IMG/VR virus record: IMGVR_UViG_3300028392_000001
Span: 1 to 63,171 of that record
Source of the DNA: a virus
Lineage: Duplodnaviria > Caudoviricetes
DNA length: 63,171 nt
Reading direction: 5' to 3' (one strand)
Shown here: in pieces, positions 19,136 through 28,325 of the stretch
Position numbering within the stretch: position 1 is the stretch's first letter
Layout: each line of letters opens with the position of its first letter
Notes under the pieces: model-generated
Database searches by the model: none
What the model saw: the letters and a program-made list of their open reading frames with translations, nothing else
Told to the model about the DNA's origin: nothing
Program-made: the position numbers and the translations under genes

Positions 19136-20032
19136 ATGAATAACTTAGTAAAAGTTTCTAATGCCACGAAAATAGGAAACGAAACAGTTAGTGGAGAATC
19201 ATTGATTGTTAGTCTTTCAAGAACAAAGTATTCTCTTGTTGACGGAAGTAATGTTTCTATAGTTTATGACGCTAATGAAATGAACCCTAGTTCCAACGAG
19301 ATAGAAATATCTGGAACCTGGGAATATAACCCTACTACATACATAGGCCCAATTCTTATTCAAATACAAGAAGTAACAGAAATTGATACAATAAGGTTTT
19401 CAAGTCCATCAACTTGCGGGTTTAGCTCTGACAACATAATACTCATAAGAGACAATCATCTTGGAGGAAGCGTTATAACTATTGCAGCCGTTTCTTCATC
19501 TGGACTTCAAAGCATTCAGGTTTATAGTAATAAAACTGTTGACGATATATGGAGCAGGTATCAAGACCAGTCAATTTCTTTTTCAGAAGGAGCTCCAAAA
19601 GTTTGGAACTACTCGTCAGAAGCAGCAACTCTCGATCGAGCATCTGTTGATGGCTCGCTTAGTAAAATAGAAATGCAAGCGTCAGATTCTGGTTTTGATT
19701 CTAAGTTTTTGCTTCAATTTTACTCAGACTACATAAACATGAAAAAAAGTAACTTTTTAGATTCACAAAGGTCAAGAATTAGATTAAGTAGCTCTGATTT
19801 TGTTATTTTTGTTGAAGATGATTTGCCTGGAACATTTACGTATATTAGCTTAGATTCCAGTTTAGGATTTGTTTTTCAAACAGAAACAGGTAAAAAGTTT
19901 TCTATTAAACTTGATGGAAGCATAGAAACAAATCAAATTCAGTCTGGAGCTCCAGCAGGTTCTGCTACAAAAAAGCTTCCGTTGTATAACGAGCTTGGTG
20001 TTCTTCAAGGTTATATTCCGCTCTTCAATTAA
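19136..20032 (+). CDS. Tail fibre/appendage-like protein, paralog 2
   Basis: Clear similarity to 18393 at both ends, different middle. Confidence 0.55.
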   Translation: MNNLVKVSNATKIGNETVSGESLIVSLSRTKYSLVDGSNVSIVYDANEMNPSSNEIEISGTWEYNPTTYIGPILIQIQEVTEIDTIRFSSPSTCGFSSDNIILIRDNHLGGSVITIAAVSSSGLQSIQVYSNKTVDDIWSRYQDQSISFSEGAPKVWNYSSEAATLDRASVDGSLSKIEMQASDSGFDSKFLLQFYSDYINMKKSNFLDSQRSRIRLSSSDFVIFVEDDLPGTFTYISLDSSLGFVFQTETGKKFSIKLDGSIETNQIQSGAPAGSATKKLPLYNELGVLQGYIPLFN

Positions 20033-20058
20033 TTATAAAAACTCAAAAACAAAAAAAA

Positions 20059-20730
20059 ATGGATAGACTAATTTTAGGCCAAAACGTTTCTAGAATAAAC
20101 GCAATGGCTTTCGCAAACGAGCATCTTATTATTAACGAGAACAGAATTCAAAATCCTGGAAACGGAAGTCCTTGGACTATCTGGTATGACGCATCAATCT
20201 TGTTCCCTGAAGCAACTCATACTGAAATAACTGGAGAGGCAACTACTCCTTACCCTACCCAGTACATCGCTCCGTACTTGATTCAGATTTTAGCTACTAG
20301 TATTTCTGGTAATGTTTTAGGTACTCCAGAAGTGAGATACTGGCCTACTGGCAAGATTATAATGATTATGGAAGATGGAACTGGCTCTAAAATGTATGTT
20401 GACGCTATTGATTCTCATGGACGCCCAACGACAGAGATTAAATCTTCTGAGTCAATCATGACTATTTGGAACAGGTACATTGCAACTGCCTCTTCAGCAT
20501 TGAAAATTACTGAGGTTGTTGAAGACTGGACTACTTCAGGCTCTACGATAACACACGCAATAGCACATACCCCTGCTAACAATCCAACGATTCAGAGCAA
20601 AGTTAAAGTTTACGATAACGGTATCCTACTCAATACTACCAAGTATTCTGTTTCTGGAACAACCGTAACCTTTACTCCGGCAATAGCGACTGCTCACGTT
20701 GTGACGTTTGTTTATTCTTATATGTCTTAA
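20059..20730 (+). CDS. Tail appendage-like protein, paralog 3, with a small Ig-like C-terminal domain
   Basis: Diverged shared N-domain; C-terminal VKVYDNGILL...YSVSGTTVTF. Confidence 0.5.
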   Translation: MDRLILGQNVSRINAMAFANEHLIINENRIQNPGNGSPWTIWYDASILFPEATHTEITGEATTPYPTQYIAPYLIQILATSISGNVLGTPEVRYWPTGKIIMIMEDGTGSKMYVDAIDSHGRPTTEIKSSESIMTIWNRYIATASSALKITEVVEDWTTSGSTITHAIAHTPANNPTIQSKVKVYDNGILLNTTKYSVSGTTVTFTPAIATAHVVTFVYSYMS

Positions 20731-20742
20731 CATTAAACTTTT

Positions 20743-21066
20743 ATGAACATTGAAGACTTAAAGAAAATTATTCCTACTTTTCAAAGCAACCCTCTAGGTT
20801 CTGTTTTAGCTATAAACCTAGTGTTGTTCTTTGGAATTTACAAGTATGTTTCAATAGCTCAGGAGAATTTTCAATCCCAATTAATAGAGTGTCGAACCTC
20901 TCAAGAGCAATGCGAAAAAGACAAAGATGAACTGAATCAAAAACTTATCTTCTATATTTCAAATCAAGAAGAAAGAATGAAAAATCAGTACGAGTACATA
21001 CAAAAAGAAGGTAATGACGATTCTTTAACTCTTATAAAACTTAAAAGAAAATTAAAAGTTAAATAA
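20743..21066 (+). CDS. Membrane protein with TM plus coiled coil (holin/spanin candidate)
   Basis: Hydrophobic LGSVLAINLVLFFGIY followed by coiled coil. Confidence 0.45.
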   Translation: MNIEDLKKIIPTFQSNPLGSVLAINLVLFFGIYKYVSIAQENFQSQLIECRTSQEQCEKDKDELNQKLIFYISNQEERMKNQYEYIQKEGNDDSLTLIKLKRKLKVK

Positions 21067-21440
21067 TGAAAAACAGACAAATAGCAACCGCAGCGATTCT
21101 TGTTCCAATAGCTTTAGCTGCCATTCTTTTTTCAGTAACATCTATTGATGTTAAAAAAGAAACAATAAAGCAACCAAAGGTAAAAAGCATTGTAATTAAC
21201 GACTCCCTAATCGTTAAGTACAAAACTTCTTTGGTAAAAAAGGACTCGAGTTTCAACGACTTTAAAGTAAAGAAAACTGTTTTTAAAAAGGAACTTTATT
21301 ATATTTGCTGTAAAGTCGAAAAACAAAATGTAGACAAATGCGTCTGCATATCGCCAAAAGAAGATTCACTTTTATTAAATTACAAACCAAAAAACAATGA
21401 GCAATCAGAAACTTTTAGCAACTACTGGAGGAACTATTAG
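21066..21440 (+). CDS. Membrane-anchored protein (lysis/spanin candidate)
   Basis: N-terminal TM IATAAILVPIALAAILFSV; Cys cluster. Confidence 0.45.
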   Translation: MKNRQIATAAILVPIALAAILFSVTSIDVKKETIKQPKVKSIVINDSLIVKYKTSLVKKDSSFNDFKVKKTVFKKELYYICCKVEKQNVDKCVCISPKEDSLLLNYKPKNNEQSETFSNYWRNY

Positions 21441-21927
21441 TTCGCTAGTAAATCATGACAAGATTAACGCATCTGAAGAAATCAAAGCTAGCTTTAATGC
21501 TTTAAAAGAAACATTTGCAGAATCTAAAAATCCTAAAGACTTTGTTGCTCTTATTGAACCTTACTGGCCAGCAGTTACCGAAGTTCTTAAGGCTGTTAAA
21601 ATTTTTACGAACAACAAAGTTGACGCAGTTATTGACGATATCGTAGCAACAGGAAATAAATTGTTTCACGCCAGCGAAGGAACCATAGCTCCTGACGAAA
21701 AAGAAATTGAAGCTTTCATGACTAATATTTACTCTATTTACAATAAGGTAAAGAAAGTTCTTGCTATTATTGAAATCTTCTTGCCGGCAAGAATCAAAGC
21801 TGTTATGGACGAAATCATCTCGATTTTTGACTTAGCTGAATCACTTATTCCGGCAGCTACCGCAACTTCGGCTACTGTTACACCAGCAGCAACGGTTGTA
21901 AAGGTGCCTCATGAAGGTGAAGAATAA
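21397..21927 (+). CDS. Helical hypothetical protein with internal duplication
   Basis: VLKAVKIFTNNKVDAVIDDIV resembles VLAIIEIFLPARIKAVMDEII. Confidence 0.6.
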   Translation: MSNQKLLATTGGTISSLVNHDKINASEEIKASFNALKETFAESKNPKDFVALIEPYWPAVTEVLKAVKIFTNNKVDAVIDDIVATGNKLFHASEGTIAPDEKEIEAFMTNIYSIYNKVKKVLAIIEIFLPARIKAVMDEIISIFDLAESLIPAATATSATVTPAATVVKVPHEGEE

Positions 21928-21937
21928 CCCAAAATAA

Positions 21938-22031
21938 GCCCATTTATTTGCGTTTTAAACGGGTTAAATTGTTTGGATGGGTTACACATTAACCAATTTT
22001 AAAAACGGTTAAAATGCCACAAAACGACAAA
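21938..22031 (+). repeat. AG/CT-free dispersed element copy 3
   Basis: gcccatttatttgcgttttaaacggg...aaaaacggttaaaatg. Confidence 0.8.
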
Positions 22032-22181
22032 GCTCAAACTAAGGTTCTTTGTAACACTTGTGACTCTTTGGTAATCTTTTTAGAAGGTGAAACAGTAAAG
22101 ACTTGCCAGCGTTGCAAAGAACAACTTGAAAGACTTCCTCAAGGAAAGGATTGGAAGTTAAAAAATTGTATTCTTTTCTAA
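22014..22181 (+). CDS. 55-aa zinc-ribbon protein (CxxC...CxxC), below the ORF-track cutoff
   Basis: MPQNDKAQTKVLCNTCDSLVIFLEGETVKTCQRCKEQLERLPQGKDWKLKNCILF*. Confidence 0.6.
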   Translation: MPQNDKAQTKVLCNTCDSLVIFLEGETVKTCQRCKEQLERLPQGKDWKLKNCILF

Positions 22182-22202
22182 CCAATCAAACACTTTTAAA
22201 AA

Positions 22203-22532
22203 ATGAAAAAGTTTTTAGCTTTCGCAGCCATCTGCGCTGCAACGTTTACAACGCCTCCAGGCGTAGCAACTGAGATTCCAGGAATCATCAAATGCACTGG
22301 AACAAATTCAGCAAGAACAGATGATTTGACTGTAACCATTGTTCAGAACTCTGTTCCTAATCAGGGTTTTGGTGACTACAGTGGATGGAACTATTTGATA
22401 GTAACTTCTGACCCTGCCGTTATTCTTTCAATGAAGCAGAATCCTGCGTTTCCAAGTGACGACACAAAGAAGATTCCTGCCAACTTTGTTAGTGCTCAGG
22501 GCGCTTTGGATGCCTACAATGCTTTGACGTAA
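22203..22532 (+). CDS. Small putative virion (decoration-like) protein; carries leader LAFAAICA
   Basis: 109 aa, A-rich translation initiation region, followed by a terminator. Confidence 0.6.
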   Translation: MKKFLAFAAICAATFTTPPGVATEIPGIIKCTGTNSARTDDLTVTIVQNSVPNQGFGDYSGWNYLIVTSDPAVILSMKQNPAFPSDDTKKIPANFVSAQGALDAYNALT

Positions 22533-22560
22533 GTCGTGTGCTTTTTAGTTGTTAAACAAT

Positions 22561-22596
22561 TAGAGTCTGGTTTTGACCCAGACTCTAAATTTTTTT
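22561..22596 (+). terminator. Rho-independent terminator
   Basis: tagagtctgg-ttttgac-ccagactcta hairpin followed by a T-run. Confidence 0.8.
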
Positions 22597-22616
22597 ACCT
22601 AATAAAACTTTAAAAA

Positions 22617-22928
22617 ATGTCTTATATAAAAAATACAACACTAAGCAACGTTGGCTCTTCTATAAAAGTTGCCGTTACTGGTGCAGTAGATTCTTACATT
22701 GTAAAAGCTAATATTGTTTCTCTTGACGGAGTTTTCTCTGATAATTTAGGAGTAGTTCCTGGAGGTACAAACTATTTGCCTTCTCCTGTTGCAACAAAGA
22801 TAATCTTTACTATGAATAATGGTACAGCAATTACTTTTGAAGCACAGACAATGACAAATGTTGGATGGAGCTTAGGCACGCTAGGTTCTTTAAACGTTGC
22901 TCTTGCTGCAATAAATGCTTGGCTATAA
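22617..22928 (+). CDS. Hypothetical virion-like protein
   Basis: 103-aa Gly/Thr/Asn-rich ORF. Confidence 0.6.
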   Translation: MSYIKNTTLSNVGSSIKVAVTGAVDSYIVKANIVSLDGVFSDNLGVVPGGTNYLPSPVATKIIFTMNNGTAITFEAQTMTNVGWSLGTLGSLNVALAAINAWL

Positions 22929-22951
22929 TAAATCTTTTAAATAAAATAAAA

Positions 22952-23272
22952 ATGGCTGTTAATACCTCAAAGTCACCACTAGGAAAAATAGCCGTACCTC
23001 ATGAGAAGTACGGCTCAGTATATATCAAAGGAGTAGAGCTTACTCCAGTTATTAACGGATTTCAGCTTAGCATAAGAATGGAGATAATCGTACCTCCTAA
23101 TCCTATGGCAAAGAAAGACCCTTATGACTGTTACGAAAGTACCCGCTGGTGCGACCCTGACGTTTTTGTCTATTCGGTTGACGAGTGGGAAGAGTGCGAA
23201 GAGAAATTCTTGGAGATGGCAGCAAAAGCTGGCTACATTCAAGGATACGAAGACGACATGGACGAAGACTAA
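22952..23272 (+). CDS. Hypothetical protein with acidic C-terminus (start reassigned to MAVNT)
   Basis: A-rich leader before ATG 22952; last plus-strand gene before convergence. Confidence 0.6.
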   Translation: MAVNTSKSPLGKIAVPHEKYGSVYIKGVELTPVINGFQLSIRMEIIVPPNPMAKKDPYDCYESTRWCDPDVFVYSVDEWEECEEKFLEMAAKAGYIQGYEDDMDED

Positions 23273-23745
23273 GCTATTCCTATATTATTGTCAAGTAACA
23301 ATATTCCGCTAGGGGTTTCTTTGCTATAATCTTTATTGATATCGCAAGGAAGCCCTTTTATTACTCTATATGTCCACATACCTATTATGTCTTTCTTGTC
23401 CTTGCCCAAGTCTAAATAGCTACTACCGAAGTTCTCTTTGTCAAACTCGTCTTTGATTATCGCAACACAATCGTCAAGAGTATATACGCTTTTTAAAAGA
23501 ACTTCGTTTTGGTAGTAACTCTGATTAATGTTTATAACTCCGTTAATAACAGTTTCCATATTTACAATGTTCTCTTTTATAGACAATCCATTGTTAAGAT
23601 GATGCTGAACTAATTGCAAAAAGCTGTGCATTACATTAGCCGTAACTGATTCTTTCCAAAATTGAAGTTGAAATTCAGTATGGTGAGCATTGTCAGACCT
23701 TCCAACTATTTGGATAGCTTGATTAAGTTTTACTTCTTTTTTCAT
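23269..23745 (-). CDS. Hypothetical protein
   Basis: 158-aa ORF, last gene of the minus-strand arm. Confidence 0.6.
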   Translation of the reverse strand: MKKEVKLNQAIQIVGRSDNAHHTEFQLQFWKESVTANVMHSFLQLVQHHLNNGLSIKENIVNMETVINGVININQSYYQNEVLLKSVYTLDDCVAIIKDEFDKENFGSSYLDLGKDKKDIIGMWTYRVIKGLPCDINKDYSKETPSGILLLDNNIGIA

Positions 23746-23753
23746 TGTTTTAA

Positions 23754-23876
23754 GTTTGGTTAATGATGTAAAAATGGCAAATTTGCCCGTTTATTTGCGT
23801 TTTAACGTTGTTTTATACCGTTCAATGCGTTTGTATTTCCCGGAAAAACAAACGTTTTAAAACGGTTACGATTCGA
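23754..23876 (+). repeat. AG/CT-free dispersed element copy 4
   Basis: aaatttgcccgtttatttgcgttttaacgttg...aaacgttttaaaacggtt. Confidence 0.8.
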
Positions 23877-24486
23877 GCTTTTCTTGAATTTTTTCTTTAA
23901 AAATGTGAGAAAATTCAACTTCACTTGAAAAGCATAACGGCATAGTTATTGTTTCTGGTTTCTGAGGACCATCAGCAACACCTGCCGCAACAGCATCTAG
24001 TCCGTGAAACCCCTTATAGATTTTCTTAAGTTCAGTCAAAGAATCAAGTTGATAAAAGTCTTTAAACCTACAGTCGACTAAAACAAACCTGTCTAATTGA
24101 ACAATGACAGTTATTCTGTGAAGCTCTTTCCTTTCCGTCATTACCGTAAGAAACAAAGGATAGGACACTCCATGTATGTTTTTTTCTGTGTCTATTCTAA
24201 TTTCTTCCTGAAGATTAGAAAGAATAAACTTTATGTCATTCCAAGAGCTCGACCCCAAAATAGGATGATTTCTTATAATTGGAACTACGTAAAGCGCGAA
24301 TGTGTAGTTTTTTGACTTTCTTAAATGAGCAAGACAAACTGCATCTGCCTGAATATCGTAGTTGTAATTATTACTATTTATTGCATTAAGCACCTGCTCG
24401 CAGTTAAACAGATTAGCTATGTTTTTAGCTATGCAGTAGTTATTTTTTTCCGAAGGAGGGAAAGGTATTTTTGCTAATTCTTTCAT
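23866..24486 (-). CDS. Hypothetical protein
   Basis: 206-aa ORF. Confidence 0.6.
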   Translation of the reverse strand: MKELAKIPFPPSEKNNYCIAKNIANLFNCEQVLNAINSNNYNYDIQADAVCLAHLRKSKNYTFALYVVPIIRNHPILGSSSWNDIKFILSNLQEEIRIDTEKNIHGVSYPLFLTVMTERKELHRITVIVQLDRFVLVDCRFKDFYQLDSLTELKKIYKGFHGLDAVAAGVADGPQKPETITMPLCFSSEVEFSHIFKEKIQEKLES

Positions 24487-24492
24487 TGTTTT

Positions 24493-25143
24493 TTAGAATT
24501 TTTTACCGTGCTTGTAGGGTCTTGTCTTGTTGTAAGCCATCTTAATTTCCATACACTCTTTGAGAGGGAATTTATATTCTTCAGAATATTTAATAACAGC
24601 AGAAAGAAGTTTGGACAAAAACATTTTACTTTCTTTTGGTTCATGCCAAATGCAATTAAAAAGTGATTCTTCTGTCTTGTTTATTTCATTCCTAAGAACT
24701 AAATACTTTAACTGTTTTCCATCAAGAAGATTTATGAAATTATAATTAACTACATCTAGTTTAAGCGCAGCAAACAAGTCAAGAATTCTAATTACCAAAT
24801 CAGCAAACTCAAACTCTTCACAGTCAAAAAGACCTTCGTTTTTTATTAAAGAAAAAAAACCTGTCAGTGCAATTTCTGTTTCACTTTCTTCTTCTACGAG
24901 TTCGCAAAACCTTTTATAAACGTTTTCAAAATCGTCATAAAAACCAGTAAAAGTTTTAACCGACTTTCCTTCTCTAAAAGCAGAATACGCTTCCATTAGT
25001 TCTTCCATAAACAAGTTAAACCTCTTAGCGATTTCTTGTTCTGTTACTTCAAAATCTTCGTAGAATCCTTTGTTAACTGCATTTTGATGAATCTCTATAG
25101 AAAGCTTTTGAAGCTCCTCTGTTGTAAATATATCTGTTCTCAT
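24493..25143 (-). CDS. MazG-like NTP pyrophosphohydrolase
   Basis: HQNAVNKGFY, EELMEA, EFADLVIRILDL and KMAYNKTRPYKHGK motifs. Confidence 0.8.
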   Translation of the reverse strand: MRTDIFTTEELQKLSIEIHQNAVNKGFYEDFEVTEQEIAKRFNLFMEELMEAYSAFREGKSVKTFTGFYDDFENVYKRFCELVEEESETEIALTGFFSLIKNEGLFDCEEFEFADLVIRILDLFAALKLDVVNYNFINLLDGKQLKYLVLRNEINKTEESLFNCIWHEPKESKMFLSKLLSAVIKYSEEYKFPLKECMEIKMAYNKTRPYKHGKKF

Positions 25144-25400
25144 TACGCACCAATTTTTAAAGGGTTAGCTAATATTAAGTCTGACTTTGCTACTTTAAGA
25201 ATAATTTCTTCTACGCTTTTAGGCAAAGAGTCTAGCCATTCTTTCATGTCTTCGTCGTCGTCGTCAGAAGGGGTTTCAGTTCTTCTTTCTTCGTTAAGAA
25301 CGATAGCTTTTTTAACACCTTCGACTTCATCTGAACAGTTTATACAGTAAAGGTTGTTTGTTCCGTCTATTTTATCATAGATTGCTACAAATATTAACAT
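25143..25400 (-). CDS. Small acidic hypothetical protein
   Basis: 85 aa with an SDDDDED stretch. Confidence 0.55.
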   Translation of the reverse strand: MLIFVAIYDKIDGTNNLYCINCSDEVEGVKKAIVLNEERRTETPSDDDDEDMKEWLDSLPKSVEEIILKVAKSDLILANPLKIGA

Positions 25401-26203
25401 TATTCTGCTTTTTTATAAAGTTGATTAATTGTAAAGTACAAGCCGTTGCAGTTCTTGTTAACAGAACTTTTTATATCTTCTACAAGAGAAGTCCATAGGA
25501 TTTCAAGTGCTTCAACATTTTCAATATCAATAGAGCCTATTACTATATTAATATTAAACTCGTCGTCACTAGTGTTAGCGATTATCATTACCTCGTCAGA
25601 GAGATTAACTCCTTCTTGAGAAGGATTAACAAGAGATACGAAGCGATGCTTTTGATGATGAGTATCTTCGTTTGCAATAAACTCACAGAGATTTTGAAAC
25701 TGGTCAACACCAGGAGTATAAGCTTTTGCCACCCAACTTCCATCTGGAGCTTCAGGAAGAATTATTTTTGCAGACATAGGAACATCATGCTCTTTACTTC
25801 CGCTTATGTATTTGTACGTTGCTCCATAATTACGAAGCATTGTTTGAAGGCAAATACCCATGTCATCTATGGTTGAAACAAGTTGACTAAACTCTAACGG
25901 AGTTTTGTTTTCGTCTACCATGCCGTAAAGTTCTTCTACGTCACATTGAGAAAGCATTCTGTTCATAAAAAACCTTTCGCAATCTTTAAGAGACTTAGGA
26001 ATACTTTCATCTTTTATTAAGCAGGCTTTAAGCATCTCTTTCTTGGAAGTCTTTCCGTCAATAATAAACTTGTAAAGTTTTGAAAGCTTTCCGCTGCCTC
26101 TGTCTTCAGCTTGTATTACTATAGGTCCTTCATGAAGTCTAACAACGTCACCTTTAACTACAGACATTTTCCATTTGCTTGGGTCTAAATTTCTTACTTT
26201 CAT
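25400..26203 (-). CDS. Hypothetical protein
   Basis: 267-aa ORF. Confidence 0.65.
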   Translation of the reverse strand: MKVRNLDPSKWKMSVVKGDVVRLHEGPIVIQAEDRGSGKLSKLYKFIIDGKTSKKEMLKACLIKDESIPKSLKDCERFFMNRMLSQCDVEELYGMVDENKTPLEFSQLVSTIDDMGICLQTMLRNYGATYKYISGSKEHDVPMSAKIILPEAPDGSWVAKAYTPGVDQFQNLCEFIANEDTHHQKHRFVSLVNPSQEGVNLSDEVMIIANTSDDEFNINIVIGSIDIENVEALEILWTSLVEDIKSSVNKNCNGLYFTINQLYKKAE

Positions 26204-26230
26204 TTAGTTGTTATTTTTTTATTAGTAAAA

Positions 26231-26271
26231 TTGACCAGCAGTGACTGCCGAAACAGTCACCTGCTAGTCAA
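26231..26271 (-). terminator. Stem-loop downstream of the SSB-like gene (terminator or processing hairpin)
   Basis: ttgaccagcagtgactg-ccgaaa-cagtcacctgctagtcaa inverted repeat. Confidence 0.6.
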
Positions 26272-26297
26272 TCAATCAAAACTCAAAACTCGTTAAA

Positions 26298-26957
26298 TTA
26301 AAACGGCAAGTCGTCTTCTACGGCTCCAGGAACTGAAGGAGGTGCGGTAAAAGACGGAGCGCTTCCCGGAATTGGAGGAGCTGATGGTGCCGAAGGAGCA
26401 GCAGGAGCTGCTGGCGCTGACGGAGCTGCTGGAGCACCAGCAGGTGCTGAAGGAGTTGCTATCTGATTAGGAGAATAAACAGGCTTCGTAGCAGGAGGCG
26501 CAGCAGCTTGCTCTGCTTGAGCGTTTTTCATTGCTATAATTTGAGCTACTTCCCATTCAGGATTACAAGAGCCTACTTTCTTAGACTTAGCAACGTCGTA
26601 CATGAAGTACGTCTTTCCTGGAGGTTTTCCAAGAAACTGAATTCTCAAATAGTCACCTGGATTAAACACAGATAACTTCTCATCAAGAACCTTGCTTGCA
26701 AAAACAGTAAGCATCTTTCCTTCGTTAGTAAATATGTAGTACCTTACGTACTTGCCATCAGTTCCTGGAAGTGGTCGAGGATTTGTTCCCTCGAATCTTT
26801 TCCCAATAAATCCGAACAGCTCAGGACAAGCCTGCTGATTCCATTTATCTACTTTAACTCCACCGGAAGATGGAGCTTGTTCCCAATCATCGTCTGAGCA
26901 GGTTGGGATAAAGGCAAGTACTGCCATTGCTAATAAGCTAAACTTTCTTTGTTTCAT
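26298..26957 (-). CDS. Single-stranded DNA-binding-like protein; carries leader LAFIPTCS
   Basis: OB-fold-sized core, Pro/Ala-rich linker, acidic C-terminal tip EDDLPF. Confidence 0.7.
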   Translation of the reverse strand: MKQRKFSLLAMAVLAFIPTCSDDDWEQAPSSGGVKVDKWNQQACPELFGFIGKRFEGTNPRPLPGTDGKYVRYYIFTNEGKMLTVFASKVLDEKLSVFNPGDYLRIQFLGKPPGKTYFMYDVAKSKKVGSCNPEWEVAQIIAMKNAQAEQAAAPPATKPVYSPNQIATPSAPAGAPAAPSAPAAPAAPSAPSAPPIPGSAPSFTAPPSVPGAVEDDLPF

Positions 26958-26968
26958 CTTTTTTTTGT

Positions 26969-27199
26969 TTAAGGTTGATTAATGTATAGCGTTTTTATTT
27001 TATCGTAGAAGTTATCCAAGTTTACTTGAATTTCTTTTATTTTTTTCAGAACTCTTCCTTGTGCTGCAAGGTTTTTTACTCGCTGAAGTTCTGCAACGTC
27101 TTCATCGGTAGATACAAGATTGTTTGTTGCTTTTACTAAATCAGACAAGTCTTCTAGTAATTTCTCCTTGCCTTGAGGAGGCGTTGTTAAGTTGCTCAT
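26969..27199 (-). CDS. Small coiled-coil hypothetical protein
   Basis: 76-aa ORF. Confidence 0.55.
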   Translation of the reverse strand: MSNLTTPPQGKEKLLEDLSDLVKATNNLVSTDEDVAELQRVKNLAAQGRVLKKIKEIQVNLDNFYDKIKTLYINQP

Positions 27200-28022
27200 A
27201 TGAGAATAAAGAGTTTGTTGGTTTATAATTAGTTACAATGACTTCTTGAAGCACTTTCTTTTTGCCATCTTCGGTCTTTCGTCCGTGAGACTTTTTATCT
27301 TTTTCTACAATATAAAAATACTGTCCGTACATCTCTCTTAGCAATTCATCGTCCTCGTAGCTAAGAATAAAGTACCCTTTAAAGTCATAAAGCATATCAC
27401 GAAGATGATAGTGATGAGCTTCTGTAAATCCTCCCGCAAGAAGCTTGTAGTAGCTTTCTGTGCCTATGTAAGGAGGGTCTAAGTAAACAAGAACACCTTC
27501 TCTATTGAATCCACTTATAATATCTTCAAAAGACTTATTTAAAATCTGAACATTTTTAAATCTATTGAATATTGCAGAAACAATCTCACGTTTCTTCTCA
27601 AATATATTTCCGCCATAGGCTCTGATGTCAAAGTTCATTCCACCATTAAATTTAGCTTTAAAGCACAAGCTCATTATGTAAAAATATCTTACTGCATTTT
27701 CCATTTCCATTTCAGGAGAACTGTTATATTCCTTAGTTATGTACTCGTAAAACTTATCGTACCAATGTTCAGATATAACAAGTTCCTGAAGCTGTTGGTC
27801 AAATTCTTCATAACGAGTTCTAACTACATTAAACAGGTTTGACAACATAGGGTTGAAGTCGTTATATACCTCAAACTTTGAAGGAGTCTTGTTCCTGTGA
27901 ATAGAGCCTGTTCCGCCAAAGCACTCTACAAAAACCTCGTGAGGAGGAAAGTGGCTTATTATCCACGGAGCAATAGTATCTTTATTACCCATGTATGAAA
28001 AGAAAGGACTTATCTCTGGCAT
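27141..28022 (-). CDS. Dam/D12-family DNA N6-adenine methyltransferase
   Basis: YMGNK, ECFGGTGS (motif I), YNDFN, YLDPPY (motif IV), FILSY. Confidence 0.9.
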   Translation of the reverse strand: MPEISPFFSYMGNKDTIAPWIISHFPPHEVFVECFGGTGSIHRNKTPSKFEVYNDFNPMLSNLFNVVRTRYEEFDQQLQELVISEHWYDKFYEYITKEYNSSPEMEMENAVRYFYIMSLCFKAKFNGGMNFDIRAYGGNIFEKKREIVSAIFNRFKNVQILNKSFEDIISGFNREGVLVYLDPPYIGTESYYKLLAGGFTEAHHYHLRDMLYDFKGYFILSYEDDELLREMYGQYFYIVEKDKKSHGRKTEDGKKKVLQEVIVTNYKPTNSLFSYEQLNNASSRQGEITRRLV

Positions 28023-28041
28023 TAGTAATTTTTAATAGTGA

Positions 28042-28194
28042 GCAAATATACGAAAATTACGGGATATTGACAAATGAAAATTATCAAAATTTTGCCCGTT
28101 TATTTGCGTTTTAACGTTGTTTAAACGTTCAAATGAACAACAATATAAACGCAAATAAAAACGTTTAAAACGGGTTAAAATGCAAACAAACAAA
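28042..28194 (+). repeat. AG/CT-free dispersed element copy 5 (longest; upstream of the methyltransferase)
   Basis: aaattttgcccgtttatttgcgttttaacgttg...aaacgcaaataaaaacgtttaaaacggg. Confidence 0.85.
28043..28074 (-). promoter_or_regulatory. Bacteroidota-type promoter for the methyltransferase
   Basis: Minus strand TTTG-N20-TATATTTG; contains a degenerate AATTACnGTAATT-like site. Confidence 0.7.
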
Positions 28195-28325
28195 GAGTAA
28201 AAGTCAATACCCAAACACAAGAATCTTTACAGTCAAAGAAGAAGTAGTCAATGATTTTATCTTCTTTCTGTTTTACTAGATTTATTCCAATTTCTTTTTC
28301 CTTTTCCATGTTTCTTCTTTTTTAT

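Noticed and set aside
25371-25400. MLIFVAIYD (25400 minus) and LMFAALD (57668) as additional leader-motif members
   Set aside because: They lack the Cys and the basic leader or flexible follow-on; likely chance partial matches
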